Of a stretch of DNA of 64,000 nt, positions 46,901-63,519 are shown piece after piece; positions within the stretch are counted from its first letter, which is position 1, and every line of letters starts with the position of its first letter. The position numbers and the translations under genes were made by a program. The stretch covers positions 1,426,001-1,490,000 of the forward strand of contig JAMWBK010000008.1 in the NCBI GenBank assembly GCA_029953675.1. The letters are read 5' to 3'. The notes beneath the pieces are model-generated. The model did not search any database, was not told the DNA's origin, and saw only the letters and a list, made by a program, of their open reading frames with translations. The stretch comes from Rhodosorus marinus CCMP1338 (taxonomy: Eukaryota; Plantae; Rhodophyta).

Positions 46901-49139
46901 TAGATGACGGAAGAAACCAGGACACGGATACCCCAGTCCCGAAGCTGAAGATGAAGAAGAGGCACATTCAGAAAATTCGCAATCAGAACCCGGATGATCC
47001 AAATAATTGGTCCTTTTCACACTTGGTTTCTCAAGGGCTCGTCGAATACCTCGACATTGCCGAGGAGGAAACGATGATGATTGCTATGCGAATGAAGGTA
47101 GGCCGAACGCGAATGTTTTTAATTCTGGGACTCGTATAAGCTGGTTCTTGCGGCTTACATCGGTATCGTCATTTTCTAGGATCTGGGAAACACACGCGCT
47201 GTTGCGCGCTACACCCACTGCGAGGTTCATCCGTCCCTGATTCTCGGAGTATGTGGCTCTATTATTCCGTTTCCTGATCACAACCAGTCGCCCCGAAATA
47301 CGTATCAATCTGCTATGGGCAAGCAAGCCATGGGATTGTATATTACAAACTACGCCCTTAGAATGGATACGATGGCGCACGTGCTTTTCTATCCACAAAA
47401 GCCCTTGGTAGGGACCAGGGCAATGGAGCATCTCAAGTTCCGCTCGGTGCCCTCTGGGATAAACGCCATCGTAGCGATTGCCTGCTACTCGGGCTACAAT
47501 CAGGTAACCTTACTAACAAACTTCCAGCATTCTTGAAAGCTTCTCAGCGTTCAGCAGACCTGCTAACGCTGCACTTGCCGATTACGTTCTACAGGAAGAC
47601 TCCGTGATTATGTGCCAGAGCGCGGTTGACCGTGGTCTGTTTCGGTCGGTCTATTTCCGGGCGTTCTCCGAAGAGGAGAAAAGACGATTCGGAGGTGGAA
47701 CCGAAGTCTTCGAGGTACGGCTGCAACAGTGTGATTGGTTCGTTCTGTCGCTGTTCTTACTCACCGTGTTCTACCGCCGTTTTGTGTGTTTTCCAGAAAC
47801 CGAATCCGCGGGAATGCGTGGGAACCAAACCCGGATCGTACGATAAGCTTGATGAAGACGGCTTAGTATCGGAGGGCACGAGAATATCAGGCTTGGACAT
47901 ATTGGTCGGCAAAACGATCGGGTTGGCACCTCCTCCTGGTGTTGAGGCCAACGACGAGGAGAACATGGTGCCGCTTGTGGGAGGAAAAACGAAGAAGGAC
48001 ATGTCGGTTGGGGCCAAGGTCACAGAGAATGGTGTTGTTGACAAGGTGATGATGACTGTGAATGACAGTGGAAGTCGCTTCGTGAAGATTCGACTACGAT
48101 CAATTCGGGTACCACAGATTGGTGACAAGTTCGCAAGTCGACATGGACAGAAGGGAACTGTGGGAATCACGTATCGTCAGGAAGATATGCCGTTCAGTGC
48201 GGACGGCATTGTTCCGGATATTATCGTAAACCCTCACGCCATTCCTTCGCGAATGACCATTGGCCATCTCATTGAATGCCTTCTTTCGAAAGTGAGTTTG
48301 GGCCCATGAAAATCGTGCACCGGGAAGCAGCAAGCGTTTGGCAAGGAGCTGTGGCCAGATCCATTTGCCGACTAATGGTTATTGTTGACGTTTTCCATGC
48401 CACTCTTTCAGGTCTCAGCGATCAAGGGCGTAGAAGGCGATGCAACACCTTTCACGGACACAACGGTGGAAGGAATATCGGCTCAGCTCCAAGCGAACGG
48501 ATACCAGCTACGAGGATGGGAGATGATGAGGAACGGTCACACAGGCCGGCCTCTCGAGGCACAGATTTTCCTTGGACCTACTTATTATCAGCGATTGAAG
48601 CATATGGTCGAGGACAAGATCCATTCACGGTCGAACGGTCCTGTCACGATGCTTACCAAACAGCCTTTGGAGGTTTGTCAAAACTCCTTTGTCAATTTTT
48701 TCCCACGCGATTGGGCGGCAGGTCCTAATAGTTTTTTTCAAATTCACGCTATCCTAGGGTCGTTCAAAAGGTGGTGGTCTTCGTTTTGGGGAAATGGAAA
48801 GAGATTGTATGATCTCTCACGGCGCCGCGGCGTTCCTGAAGGAGCGACTTATGGATCATTCGGACGCCTACAGAGTACATGTGTGCAATATTTGCGGCTT
48901 GATTGCTATAGCAAACTTGAAAAACAACCAGTTCCAGTGCCGAGGGTGCTCAAATACGACTGAGGTAAGCCCGCAATGGTACTCGAACACACAGCAACGG
49001 TGTTTTTGCTCACCTGTGGTATCCACCTTGTCGGGGTTAATGTCCTCAGATCTCACAGATTCAGTTGCCGTATGCTTCGAAGCTCCTTTTCCAGGAGCTG
49101 ATGTCGATGGGAATTGCTCCAAGAATGATGGTGTCATAA
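43988..49139 (+). CDS. RPB2: RNA polymerase II second-largest subunit
   Basis: [106 protein letters not shown] and [10 protein letters not shown]. About 16 GT-AG introns inferred. Confidence 0.98.
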
Positions 49140-49400
49140 AAGAGTTGGAGAGGAATTTAGCACGCTACCGTATTTCTGCCCTTTTGACTTCGAGACCACA
49201 CTAAGGAAAGCCCTAAGTGTACTCTGGTCATGTAAGGTGGCATCTGCGTCTCCTTTACAGCCGCAGCAACTCGTCGGCCTATGTTTTTACTGATACGAGG
49301 GCTAGGACTACCCCCCAACAGTTGATCATTTAGGCGCTCACTTCCACTTGTGTGAAGGAGGAAGGAGAGGGTTTGTCAACGGGATTCAATTGGTGCCAAG

Positions 49401-50414
49401 TCACCTGCCCTGGAAAACAGGCCGGCGCTTTTCGTTGAACGCCCGCACTCCTTCGGCTCTGTCCAGTGTATGAAGCGTTTCAGCGTAGAGTTGGCCCTCC
49501 CATTCCAGTCCGTCCCCGATGCTTCTATCCAATCCTTCGTCGATGGCCCTCTTGGCGAGGCTGATCGCGAGCGGTGCACACTTTAAAATGTCGCTCGTAA
49601 AAGATTTGGCAGCTGCCACCACGTCCTCAGCGTCGTCGACCTTGTCAATTCTATATCATCCAAGCAAAGCAGTAAGCCTCAGAAATGCTTAGTTCCTAGC
49701 GTGCTCCCCTTTGGACGCTGCGTCTGGAGCATAAACTTACAATCCTATCTCCAAGGCTTCCCCTGCTGATACTCGTCGCCCGGTAAAAATCAACTCCTTC
49801 GCCCGTGAGGGTCCAATCAGACGTGAAAGTCTTTGGGTCCCGCCCGCACCAGGGATGATCCCAAGTTTGCACTCCGGAAATCCGATAACGGTTCGTTGCG
49901 AGGCGATTCTGAAGTCACAAGCAAGGGCCAGCTCGGCTCCACCGCCGAGAGCCGGACCATCCATCGCTGCTACTGTCGGAACCCTACATTTTGACAGCGC
50001 GTCGAGATTGGTGCGGAGCGTGTTCACAGTATCTCCCTGTTGCTCCAAGGTGAGCTTTGCCCGCTCCTTGAGGTCTGCTCCAGCACAGAAAACTCCGTCC
50101 ACCAAGGATTGTATGACCACAACCCTGATTCCAGGGCTGTCGTTTAGCAGATTCACGGCATCCCTCAGTCTCCCAATCACCTCTCTAGAGAGAGCGTTCC
50201 GAGTACTCGCGTTTTCTAGTGAAATAGAAGCGATACCACTTTCACTTCCAGAGTGCTCCCCAACCCATAACTTGGAACCTCGATCGAACAAAGAATCGTT
50301 CGCACTCGTTGCTTTTAACAGCTCCTGCTTGTTGTCAGTCTTCACTCCCCTCAGATTCTTTAGACCTCTCCCAAACGCTCTTCTGCGTTCGATAAGAGCC
50401 GACGTCCTATTCAT
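49401..50414 (-). CDS. Enoyl-CoA hydratase/isomerase, AUH-like (methylglutaconyl-CoA hydratase type), probably mitochondrial
   Basis: Two exons (50414-49741, 49650-49401) give 307 aa. VFCAGADLKER, ALGGGAELALACDFR, FPECKLGIIPGAGGTQRLSRLIG and EGVRAFNEKRRPVFQGR. Confidence 0.9.
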
Positions 50415-50880
50415 TCGGTTGCTACTTCACCAAACATATTATGACCCTTATCTAGCTGACCTCCAGATATGAGAGGAGGAACGGACCTACGAGGGTACTC
50501 AAGTACTCTGCGGGAGGGCCTACCGTGTCCCCTTGCGAGCTGCAAAACACGGAAATATCTCGTTCAGCACATGAGTCCGCTCCTTGCTTTTTTACTTGAC
50601 CATTCAACGTAGCTTGTCAAACACTTGGAAGGTGTCGGGAACTTTTCGGGGTTTCAACCAAACCACAACCCTCAAGAACTTAACTATCTACGCTTCGAAC
50701 AGATGTGGGTCCGAGCTCCAGGCCCGAATTTTCCCGACAGTTCCTGCAAGCTGTTAATATCTTAGCTTGGCTTTGTCGATGAGCTATTCTTTTGCTTTTC
50801 GTGGAGGCTTCAGTGGTCTTCTGAAAATCCTCAAGAAAAGCATCCTACTATAGATATACGGTTGGAGGTTCTATCGCGGC

Positions 50881-51720
50881 TCATTTCTTTGCGAACGAAG
50901 CGATGAGTTGTCTATCACCAGGTAGTTTCACAGAGCGCAAGGATTTCAGGGCGACTGTGGCTTCGGGTATCGATGAATACTCAACGAAAGCCATGCCAGG
51001 TTTTCCAGGGACGAGTCTCGTTTCCACGAATCCAGGGTACTGCCCGACAATCTCAGACACAGTCGCAGGGTCGTCTGGAAGGTTTTGGACAAAGAGAATG
51101 TTGTGCGGCTCCAAGTCCTGTTCAACAGGTATGACAACATTGCTTGTATCCATAGCTGCAGTGTTGCCCTCCTCCTCATTCTCCTAACCATGAAAGTTGG
51201 TGGCCCCGAGCGCCGTGATGATTAGATAGAGATCGGTTTCATTTTTGAACGGGAATTGCTTTCATACCTCTTGAGCGAGTATTGAATTGTCTCGTTTGAC
51301 GAAAGTTCCATCCTTCTTCGCAAGTTTGTCACTCTTCGCCTTTGCAAATTGGATGATCATTCTGTGACCCTTTATCTCCTGACCGTCAAGCGCCTCCTTC
51401 GCCGCGATTGCGGATTCTAAACTTGCAAACGATACAAACGCTTGGCCCTTCATAGTCATCGTTCGAGCCACTCTTATACACACAATCTCCCCATGTGCGG
51501 AGAACTTTTCACGAAGTAACTTCTTCATTGCCGGAACTCTGGTCTTCTGCCGCAGCCCGCGTATGTACAGTGTCGGGATAGGTTCATTGTTCTGATTAGA
51601 CAACTGGATCATCGTCGGTATCTTATCAGGCGCTGTATATCCACCCGCTCCCATTCCAGGTGCGAAACTCGCCGGAAGGTTTACTGGAAACCCAACGGCA
51701 CCAGTTGACGAGTCACCCAT
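50881..51720 (-). CDS. U1A/U2B''/SNF-type spliceosomal protein with two RRMs
   Basis: Exons 51720-51268 and 51183-50881 give 251 aa. RRM1 TLYIRGL...MKGQAFVSF...MIIQFAKAKSD and RRM2 PHNILFVQNLP...RLVPGKPGMAFVEY...SFAKK. Confidence 0.88.
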
Positions 51721-51880
51721 GTTTTTGATCACCAGCAGAGGGTACCCTCAAATAGAAACTGGACGAGAGTTAAACAGTTCCACAGCTACTGAAACAACCG
51801 CGTTCCTTCTTCAAACAAGAAATGCAGATCTTCCTTTAACTGCCTCCCCCCCGGAACGAAAAGCCCGAATCGGAGGACTT

Positions 51881-52340
51881 AGTACCATTCGCCAAGTTTC
51901 CTTGGCCGCAGAATTTCATCCGCAAAGACCAGTCCTATAGACTTGCAAGAGGCTGCTTTTCTAATCGGAATGGCTGGGGAGGGTTGGATTGGAGTCACGC
52001 GTCAGATGGGTGATGCAGATTTATGAACGCGTTAAGTACCATTCGCGTGCTATCTTGGCCAGAAGATTTAAATCGTAGAGAAGGAATCATGTAGGCTTCG
52101 TATACTGATGGTTTTCTGATCGGAAAGCCAGGAATGGTTGGATTGGAGTCAACGCGTCAGATAGGTCGACGCTAGGAGAAGATGGACAGATTCGACGCGT
52201 CAAGTACCATTTGCCTGCATAGCTTGGCCAGGAGATTTAATTCGTAAAGAAGGAACCATGTAGGCTTGGTAAAATGACTGTTTGATCGGAAAACCCGGAA
52301 ACGAGTCGAGCGGAGTCACACGTCTGATAGGTCAATTGAC
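51881..52340. repeat. Three degenerate tandem units of about 155-170 bp
   Basis: agtaccatt(c/t)gc...cttggcc...tcggaa...ggagtc(a)acgcgtcagat units start at 51881, 52035 and 52203. Confidence 0.85.
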
Positions 52341-52789
52341 TCTGGAAGATTGATAGACTGTCTTTGCCTTTGAAAGCGACAAAAACGATGTGCTCTGGTA
52401 GATTGAGGACTGCAACATTCAACCGGTTAACGAAGAAGAATGAGCCAGGACCATGGCCACAATGTGGTTTTTTTGACCAGCCGTTAGAGTTTGAGGACGT
52501 CACATGACGAGTACATTAAACCTACTGATGGATGCTGGGTCCCTGCTGTTGTGAGAGCTGGAACTCGGTTCAGAGAATTTGGCTGGGAGCAGGAACTGGT
52601 TGACAAGGAATATTCTCAGCTCCGCGAGGATGTTGATTTTGATTTGTTTTTCGGATAGCAAGAATGGAGTCGTGTTTCCTGTTTCCTCTGTAGGCTTCGA
52701 GGGAGTTTCTACTATCGTCATCTTCACTGAAATCTAGAAGCAGAATCAGCTTCTGAGCATGCTTTGGAGTTGCGGCTTTATTGTCAGTG

Positions 52790-53380
52790 TTAGAATTCGA
52801 TGTTAGCGTTAAAGAAATCGCGCGAGACGTCATCGCAATGATCATCGAAATCATTGAACGATTTAATCAGGGTTGAATCCACGATCTTCGGAGCAATCTG
52901 TTTCATCTTGTCTTTACCACCATTCACTTGAACCTCGCCTCGTTGAGAGTATGTGGTTCTTCCTTTTGGTTTAACCCACAACCTCAGCGCACACTCGCTC
53001 CGAAGCTTTCCAGGAGTGAGAGCATCGTTATCGATCATCAAAATGAAAGCTTGCGGAAACGGCTCCTTGAGGCAATCGCAAACTCGGGAAGCTACGACCC
53101 CAGGGGTCCGATCCTCCAGCAGCTCACAACCTTCATAGTAGCCGACCATTTTCGTGCCATCCAGTTGGCACTTCTTATCGATCATCGCGAGAGCCGCTTC
53201 CATCATCGGAGCCAGTGCCAATTGTCCATGATTCACCGCTACCGTGTCCAAGACTTTCACGTTCTCGCCATCTTCCTCGCCGATCAAAATTCCCTGCACG
53301 GCTGTGGAGAAGTGCTTCGAGGCGTGCAACAGAACTTTGCCATACGCTGTCGGTTCTATCGTACACTGTAGGTCCCCCAT
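52790..53380 (-). CDS. EMC8: ER membrane protein complex subunit 8/9 (UPF0172, MPN-like)
   Basis: Single exon, 196 aa. AYGKVLLHASKHFSTAVQGILIG, DTVAVNHGQLALAPMMEAALAMID, VGYYE and DFDDHCDDVSRDFFN. Confidence 0.88.
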   Translation of the reverse strand: MGDLQCTIEPTAYGKVLLHASKHFSTAVQGILIGEEDGENVKVLDTVAVNHGQLALAPMMEAALAMIDKKCQLDGTKMVGYYEGCELLEDRTPGVVASRVCDCLKEPFPQAFILMIDNDALTPGKLRSECALRLWVKPKGRTTYSQRGEVQVNGGKDKMKQIAPKIVDSTLIKSFNDFDDHCDDVSRDFFNANIEF

Positions 53381-54471
53381 TCTACTAACTAGAATCGATT
53401 CTAGTTAACCCCGTGCCCGCCTTGGAGCGGTCCAGTGAACAACTACTTCGCTGCTGAATGTCGGTGTCTTACATGCCGTTTTGTTGCTTCGGGTGTTAGC
53501 AAGACATGGGGCCAAAGCTGGTTACAAAAATAATTGTGATTCGCTACAGACATTCAATCTTTCCAAAGTTTCACTCTGCTCCTAATCGCTTCAGGCCTTT
53601 TTCGATGCAAGCGCCAGGTGCCACTAGCAAACGACAGAAAGGCACGAGGCCAGAAACGAAAGCAAAACTCGGGCGGGCAAGGTCCTGGAGGGGAAGCTCT
53701 TCAGCCAAGATCTACTTCATGATGTTTCTCACGAGGCTTAGATGACAAAGACAACCAGATCGAACCCAAACCATAAAGCAGACCAATCTCAAGAGCCCCT
53801 CCGGGCAAGCCTAACACGGAAACGACTCTCAATCCACATCAATCCAAAACTGATTTAAATGATTGAAAATAAATCATTATTATGATGGAATTCTGTTGGC
53901 CCAAAAAGGAACAACTGACCTTTTCTTGGCCAGACAATTTTTCCCAGTTTTCTAGGTAACAAAGGGATCATTGGCCTGTTTTTGGGAACGAGGATATTTT
54001 TATGAGTATTTAATTTTTCCTTTTTAGTAGCGGCTATCTTGATTTTTATGCTCATGCGCCTTTTTCGGGGGGGAGGAAGAGAAGGAGGATTGGGAAGGTT
54101 TTGGGAGGAAGGGTAGCGGGTTCATGGGGAGTGTGAAAGGGATTGAAGTTTTGGGAGGAATCGATTTGTTTTTGTTGGGTTTCTTGTAATTGAGAAACTT
54201 TGGAACATGAGCGCTCCTTGGTTGACCTAAGTGTGGAGTGTGTTGTTTGTTTTTGTTGGTTGTTGTTTGTGGACCCCCTGACCGGTTGTACGTTGACGAC
54301 GTCTTCTTGGATTAGATTTTGGGGGGATTCTTTTGGCTTTTCGGTGGGGAGGCTCTTTTCTCTTGTTTGGCCCCCTTTGGGTGGTGGAGGTTTGAAGGGC
54401 GACGAGGTTGGTTTTGGTGAAGTTGTTTTCCTTAGTTTGGGTGATTTTTGTTGTAGGACTGAGCGAGCAGT

Positions 54472-56072
54472 ATGGTGAAGTTGACTTCGTTCGACTTTTT
54501 TCGTAAGCTCCCGCGAGAGTACACATATGGAACTGCATCGGGAGGGTTTTTGTCTATACTGGTTTTGGTGATTGTCCCGATGTTGATTTTCTTCGAGACG
54601 CTAACATTTCTGAGCGGGGAGATCCAGACGGACATCGTCATTGATCCAAACAGCGAGGAGAATCTGAGAATTAATTTCAACGTGACGATGCTGGGACTGC
54701 CGTGTCAATTCACGGAAATCGACGTTTACAATTTCTTCGGTGCCAAACGGCTGGACATCGAGAAGGACATCCAGAAAGCAGTGGTCACAGGAGAAATGGG
54801 GGAAAAATTCTTGCATTACCACTATGAGGTTCCCAGACCACAGGTCGACAATCCATCGAGGGCAGCCAAGACTTTAGTGCCGCCAGGATTTGAGGTGAAG
54901 TCCCTAGGCGAGGACAACTTTACCCAGACCCTACAAGCGGACAAGTTCGCGTTTGTGAACTTTCACGCTGGATGGTGCCATTGGTGCAGAGAACTTCAAC
55001 CAATATGGAAGTCCTTCGCGGTGGCTGTCGATGAGAAGGGCATGAACGTTAACGTATACAACGTGCATTGTCCGGACCACCCGCAGATTTGCGGCACCGA
55101 GCAGAAAATTGCTGGATATCCGACTTTGAGGTGCGTTGGTTTCGCTTTTAAAGCGCTAAGCGTCCAGCCTAGGATTACTCTCCTGGGCCGACCACAGACA
55201 AATCAACATTCCAAGCTCAATCTTTACTTTCGCATGTCTTCCACTGTATTCCGCCCAGAATGTTTCATCAAGGAACTGCACTGCATCCCGATTTTCAGTA
55301 CCAGAGGACAGAAGATGTCCTCCTAAAGTATGTTGAGAAGGTCATTATTGACTCTCACGATGGGCCTCCAACTCGCGCTGAGAAACCGCGCGCAGTCGCT
55401 GCAGTTCGCGAACATGCTGAAGAAGGATGTAATGTGGCTGGAACCCTGTACGTCAAGCGTGTTCCCGGGAATTTTGTCGTGCTCGCCAATTCGCGAGATC
55501 ATAACTTTGATCCAAAGGGGACAAACACCACTCATGTAGTGCATCACCTAACGTTCGGTGATCAACTCACACCGTCTCAACTCAAGCAGATACCGAAGAA
55601 CGCCCGACATGACATTGATCCATTTCAGAAGGAGTGAGCACGCACACCAAGAGCCAGCGTCCAGGTAGTTGCAAAGGTGAACCCAACGACATTTGTGCTG
55701 AATTTGTTTTCACTCGCGCTTTGCTAAAGGTTATTCTCGAGCCCAGCGGAGCACACGTCGCACGAACATTACATAAAGCTCGTGAGCACATTCTACCGGC
55801 TAGGAAAGTTTGGGTCGTCCGAGGTCCTTGGCTATCGGATTACTGCTTCAAATCACTTCTACGATAGCGAGCCTAGCGTTCCCGATGTCAAGTTCTCGTA
55901 CGACATGTCCCCAACCGCAGCTGTAGTGACCCGAGGGGGTCGCCGATGGTACGAGTTTTTAACGAATCTGTTTGCCATTATCGGCGGGTTTTACGTTGTC
56001 ATGGAGTTGACTGATGGACTATTTTACAAAGCAAAGCAAGCGATCAAGACCGCCTCAGGCAAAAAGTCTTGA
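54472..56072 (+). CDS. ERGIC/Erv41-Erv46-like protein with an inserted thioredoxin domain (PDI-C / PDIL5 type)
   Basis: Exons 54472-55130, 55259-55633 and 55730-56072. DFFRKLPRE, TM1, LRINFNVTMLGLPC, Trx FVNFHAGWCHWC, EGCNVAGTLYVKRVPGN, HEHYIKLVST, FSYDMSP and TM2 FLTNLFAIIGG. Confidence 0.9.
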
Positions 56073-56679
56073 GTCTCTTCAAGCCCCAACCTGCAGGAGA
56101 CATGCCTGAAACTTGAGGGGCGTGCTGGGCGGTAGCTAGTGTTCGTCCTCCGGCGCTCGATTAGTTCGGGTCTGGTTTTTGCTAGGAATAGTTCATGGGC
56201 GGGGATGAGAAGGCGGCAAAGCACGGGTGTACGTTTGATTCGCCGTAATGCGGTCGAGAGGGCTTTGGAGAAAACACCACATCTGCCTAGAAGATTCCCC
56301 GCCCACTTTCTTCTACTATTGTGGGGGAAACTGTAAAGCGCAAGACAAGAAGCAGCGAGAATTGACTTGTACCCAGAGATAGGTCTTTCAAGTTTATAGT
56401 TCGCATTGCTGCGCAACGTTTCACAGACAACCGGATGTTCTTCGGACTGTACTTCAATGTGGTGGGAGTGTTGTGCTCAGTCAGAACGGGGAACGATGAA
56501 ACGTAGAAGTGAGGGAAACCGTAGATTATTTGCACAGGACGTAAGTCCTGTTCTGCAAGCTCAACCCCGCGAGACGAGATAGATCAAGCACGGTGCGCTT
56601 TGAACTTGCGGTTTCCCCATTGCCACTCGTTGAACAGCGGTTTCGGATTTCAAAATATACATAAAGCTCGGGTCTCTGG

Positions 56680-57828
56680 TCAGTCCGCAACATCCTGCAG
56701 ACCCAAAGCCCTGAAGAACTGAACGAACTGTACACCGCCATAGAGGTTGTTCGCAAAGCGTATCGCGATAATCAACGCTTTCAGTGCAGCGTCTTGGTCC
56801 TTCAGCAGTCGAGCAAGGCCGAGTTCGATTCCTTCGACCAGCTGGAATCGCAAGTTGGATGAGGACGCCATGAAAAGCCCCCAGCCAAGACTGTTCGGAA
56901 TGACCTCCGGCATCCGTCTGAGGGGCTCGTAATCTGGTTGGAATACTTTCCTCCCCTCAAGCATTCCGAAGACTAGAACCGTTCCAACTATTCCGCACCC
57001 AAAGCCCATTGCCATATACTGAGCCGATACCCACACCACCGAAGCTACCCGCTGCATAAGCGAGTACGAACGTTGAGCGGTATTCGCCTCGAAAAAACTC
57101 GCGGGGAGAGAGTCCAGCAACTTCTTCCATGGCGGGACAGACAGCGACTGCAAGCTTGGAAACGGTACCCTCGCAGCAAGCAACCATACGAACGCGGCTT
57201 CGACTACCGTTCCAATCACCAAATCCGATACAACATACTCGATCTCATCCACGATGTCCTTCCCTCGCTCGATAAACTCCCCAGCCAGAGACGTTCCATT
57301 TCCAATCAGTTCCTGTGCTAGAAGCTTGAAGAAGAACTGCTCGTCGCAGAGAAATCGATCGCGAAAAGGCTTCACCGCCCTTATTAGGAAGCCGAATGTG
57401 CCCGTGTCGAACCTACAAAATGGTTACAAAGACAAACCGAGGAAGATCTTAGTACGCAAGTACGGAGAGAGCAATCTAAGAACAGCTTCAACATACCTAA
57501 GATATGCTTGAAGCTGAGCCGCAGTCATCAGACCCCCCTCTACCGCAAGGACCAGATCCGGGGGTAGTGACTGCACCCTTCGTCCCGCCTCCATCAAAAT
57601 TCCCTTCAACACCTCCGGGGACGCCGGTCCACCGTCTCCATCACCACTACCATCGCCACCACCACCGCCACCACCACCACCATCATTCACATTACCCAAA
57701 CTCCCCCCACTACTATCCGATACAGCCTCTACATTCTCGCTCCTCACCCGACAAATCCGCTGACCTCTACAAACTCTCACACCTCCCACCGCCCTCCTTC
57801 CAAATCCGCTCACTCCAACAAACCCCAT
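56680..57828 (-). CDS. RETICULATA-related (DUF3411) plastid envelope protein
   Basis: MGFV transit-peptide start, Gly-rich tract GGGGGGGGDGSGDGDGG, LPPDLVLAVE, FRDRFLCDEQFFFKL, EFIERG, FFE...YSLMQR and SSNLRFQLVEGIE. Intron at 57496-57413. Alternative ATG at 57858. Confidence 0.9.
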
Positions 57829-59000
57829 CCCGTCCAATCCAGTGATGACCTTCTTCATACTTCCAACGATTCAATCCCAGTCCTACAGTCATCACTCAAA
57901 AATCCTTCCAAACTACTCATCCTCGTCAAACCCTCTTCAAAGCCACACCGTGCTGGCTCAATCCAGTTCTTGGCACCGATCCTTCTCCACGGCCGTTGAG
58001 TTTCAATTCACAAAAATCCTATCCACCCTAAGTCCGACGCCTCAAAAATACAAAATCTTCTGTAAAACTTTTATTTTAACAAACAATGGGAAGAAAGTGG
58101 AGCACATCCAAGGGGGTTGGTATGAATTCAGTTAGAATCCGGTGGCGGGTCGATAAGCTTGGTTGCGGTCCAGCAATGGTCTGATAGCGTAGATGACATC
58201 CTCTGTTGTCCGAGAAGAGCTTTGTGAGCTTTTGTTTTAGATGATATGTTTGTTCGAGATGCCTCACAAACCTCCTCTTACATATCTCTACTGTTTTGTT
58301 GGGGGGTTTCAGAAGATGGGGACAAAATGGATCGCGTTGCCGCGAGGGGTTTTTGCACGGTGGAGCTTTTTGTGTATTCTGGATGAGTCTCATAGGCTCA
58401 TACTTTCGCGCTGCGTGTTCTGCGGAATCAGTCGATCATGTAAAACAACAAGAAAGAACGAGTGACGTCCTTTAGAGGCTGCCCCAACCTGGCAGGACGC
58501 GGGTTGGAAAAAAAACAGTTTGTGAAGCATATTGGGCACCGTATTCCCTAGCCAGTCGAGCTTAAGCGAAATACTGCAATATCAAGCACATATCAAATCC
58601 AAACGCCAAACCTAGAAGAAACTCGAACGCACCCTCTTTGAGCCATAAGATCTGAGACCAACACGGCAAAGGGTAAGATGGGATTTGGGGACATCGAGAA
58701 TCATAGCACTCCTACACCTCTGGGATGGAGGGGAGAGCCGTCTCTTACCACTGTCGCTCCCTGTTTTGGACTCCGAACTCAATCCTAAAAACGGTTCTAG
58801 TACAATATTAGTTTAAGATAGTACTTGTACTAGCAATTGATCAATAACGGTTACGAGCGATAAGAACGAAGATCGCGCGACTGGATTACAGAAGGGGGGG
58901 GGGCGGGGGGCAGATCCGTGAGAGTACTTTCTGTGTGAGTTCTGCATTCTTTTGTACGGAAGGGGATATGTGATCTGCTGTTTTTCTTGTAGGAAAGACC

Positions 59001-63426
<4,426 letters not shown>

Positions 63427-63519
63427 TTAAGTTGTTTTAGAACGAAACCTGTCTTCGCCGGTCTCCGCGCAGCTCTTCGAAACGGAGCGTCGCTCAGAGC
63501 ATCGGTTGGAGACATCTAA

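Noticed and set aside
48757-48810. RPB2 [16 protein letters not shown] instead of the usual GRSRDGG
   Set aside because: A minor substitution with all catalytic motifs intact, so it is not evidence of a specialised polymerase.
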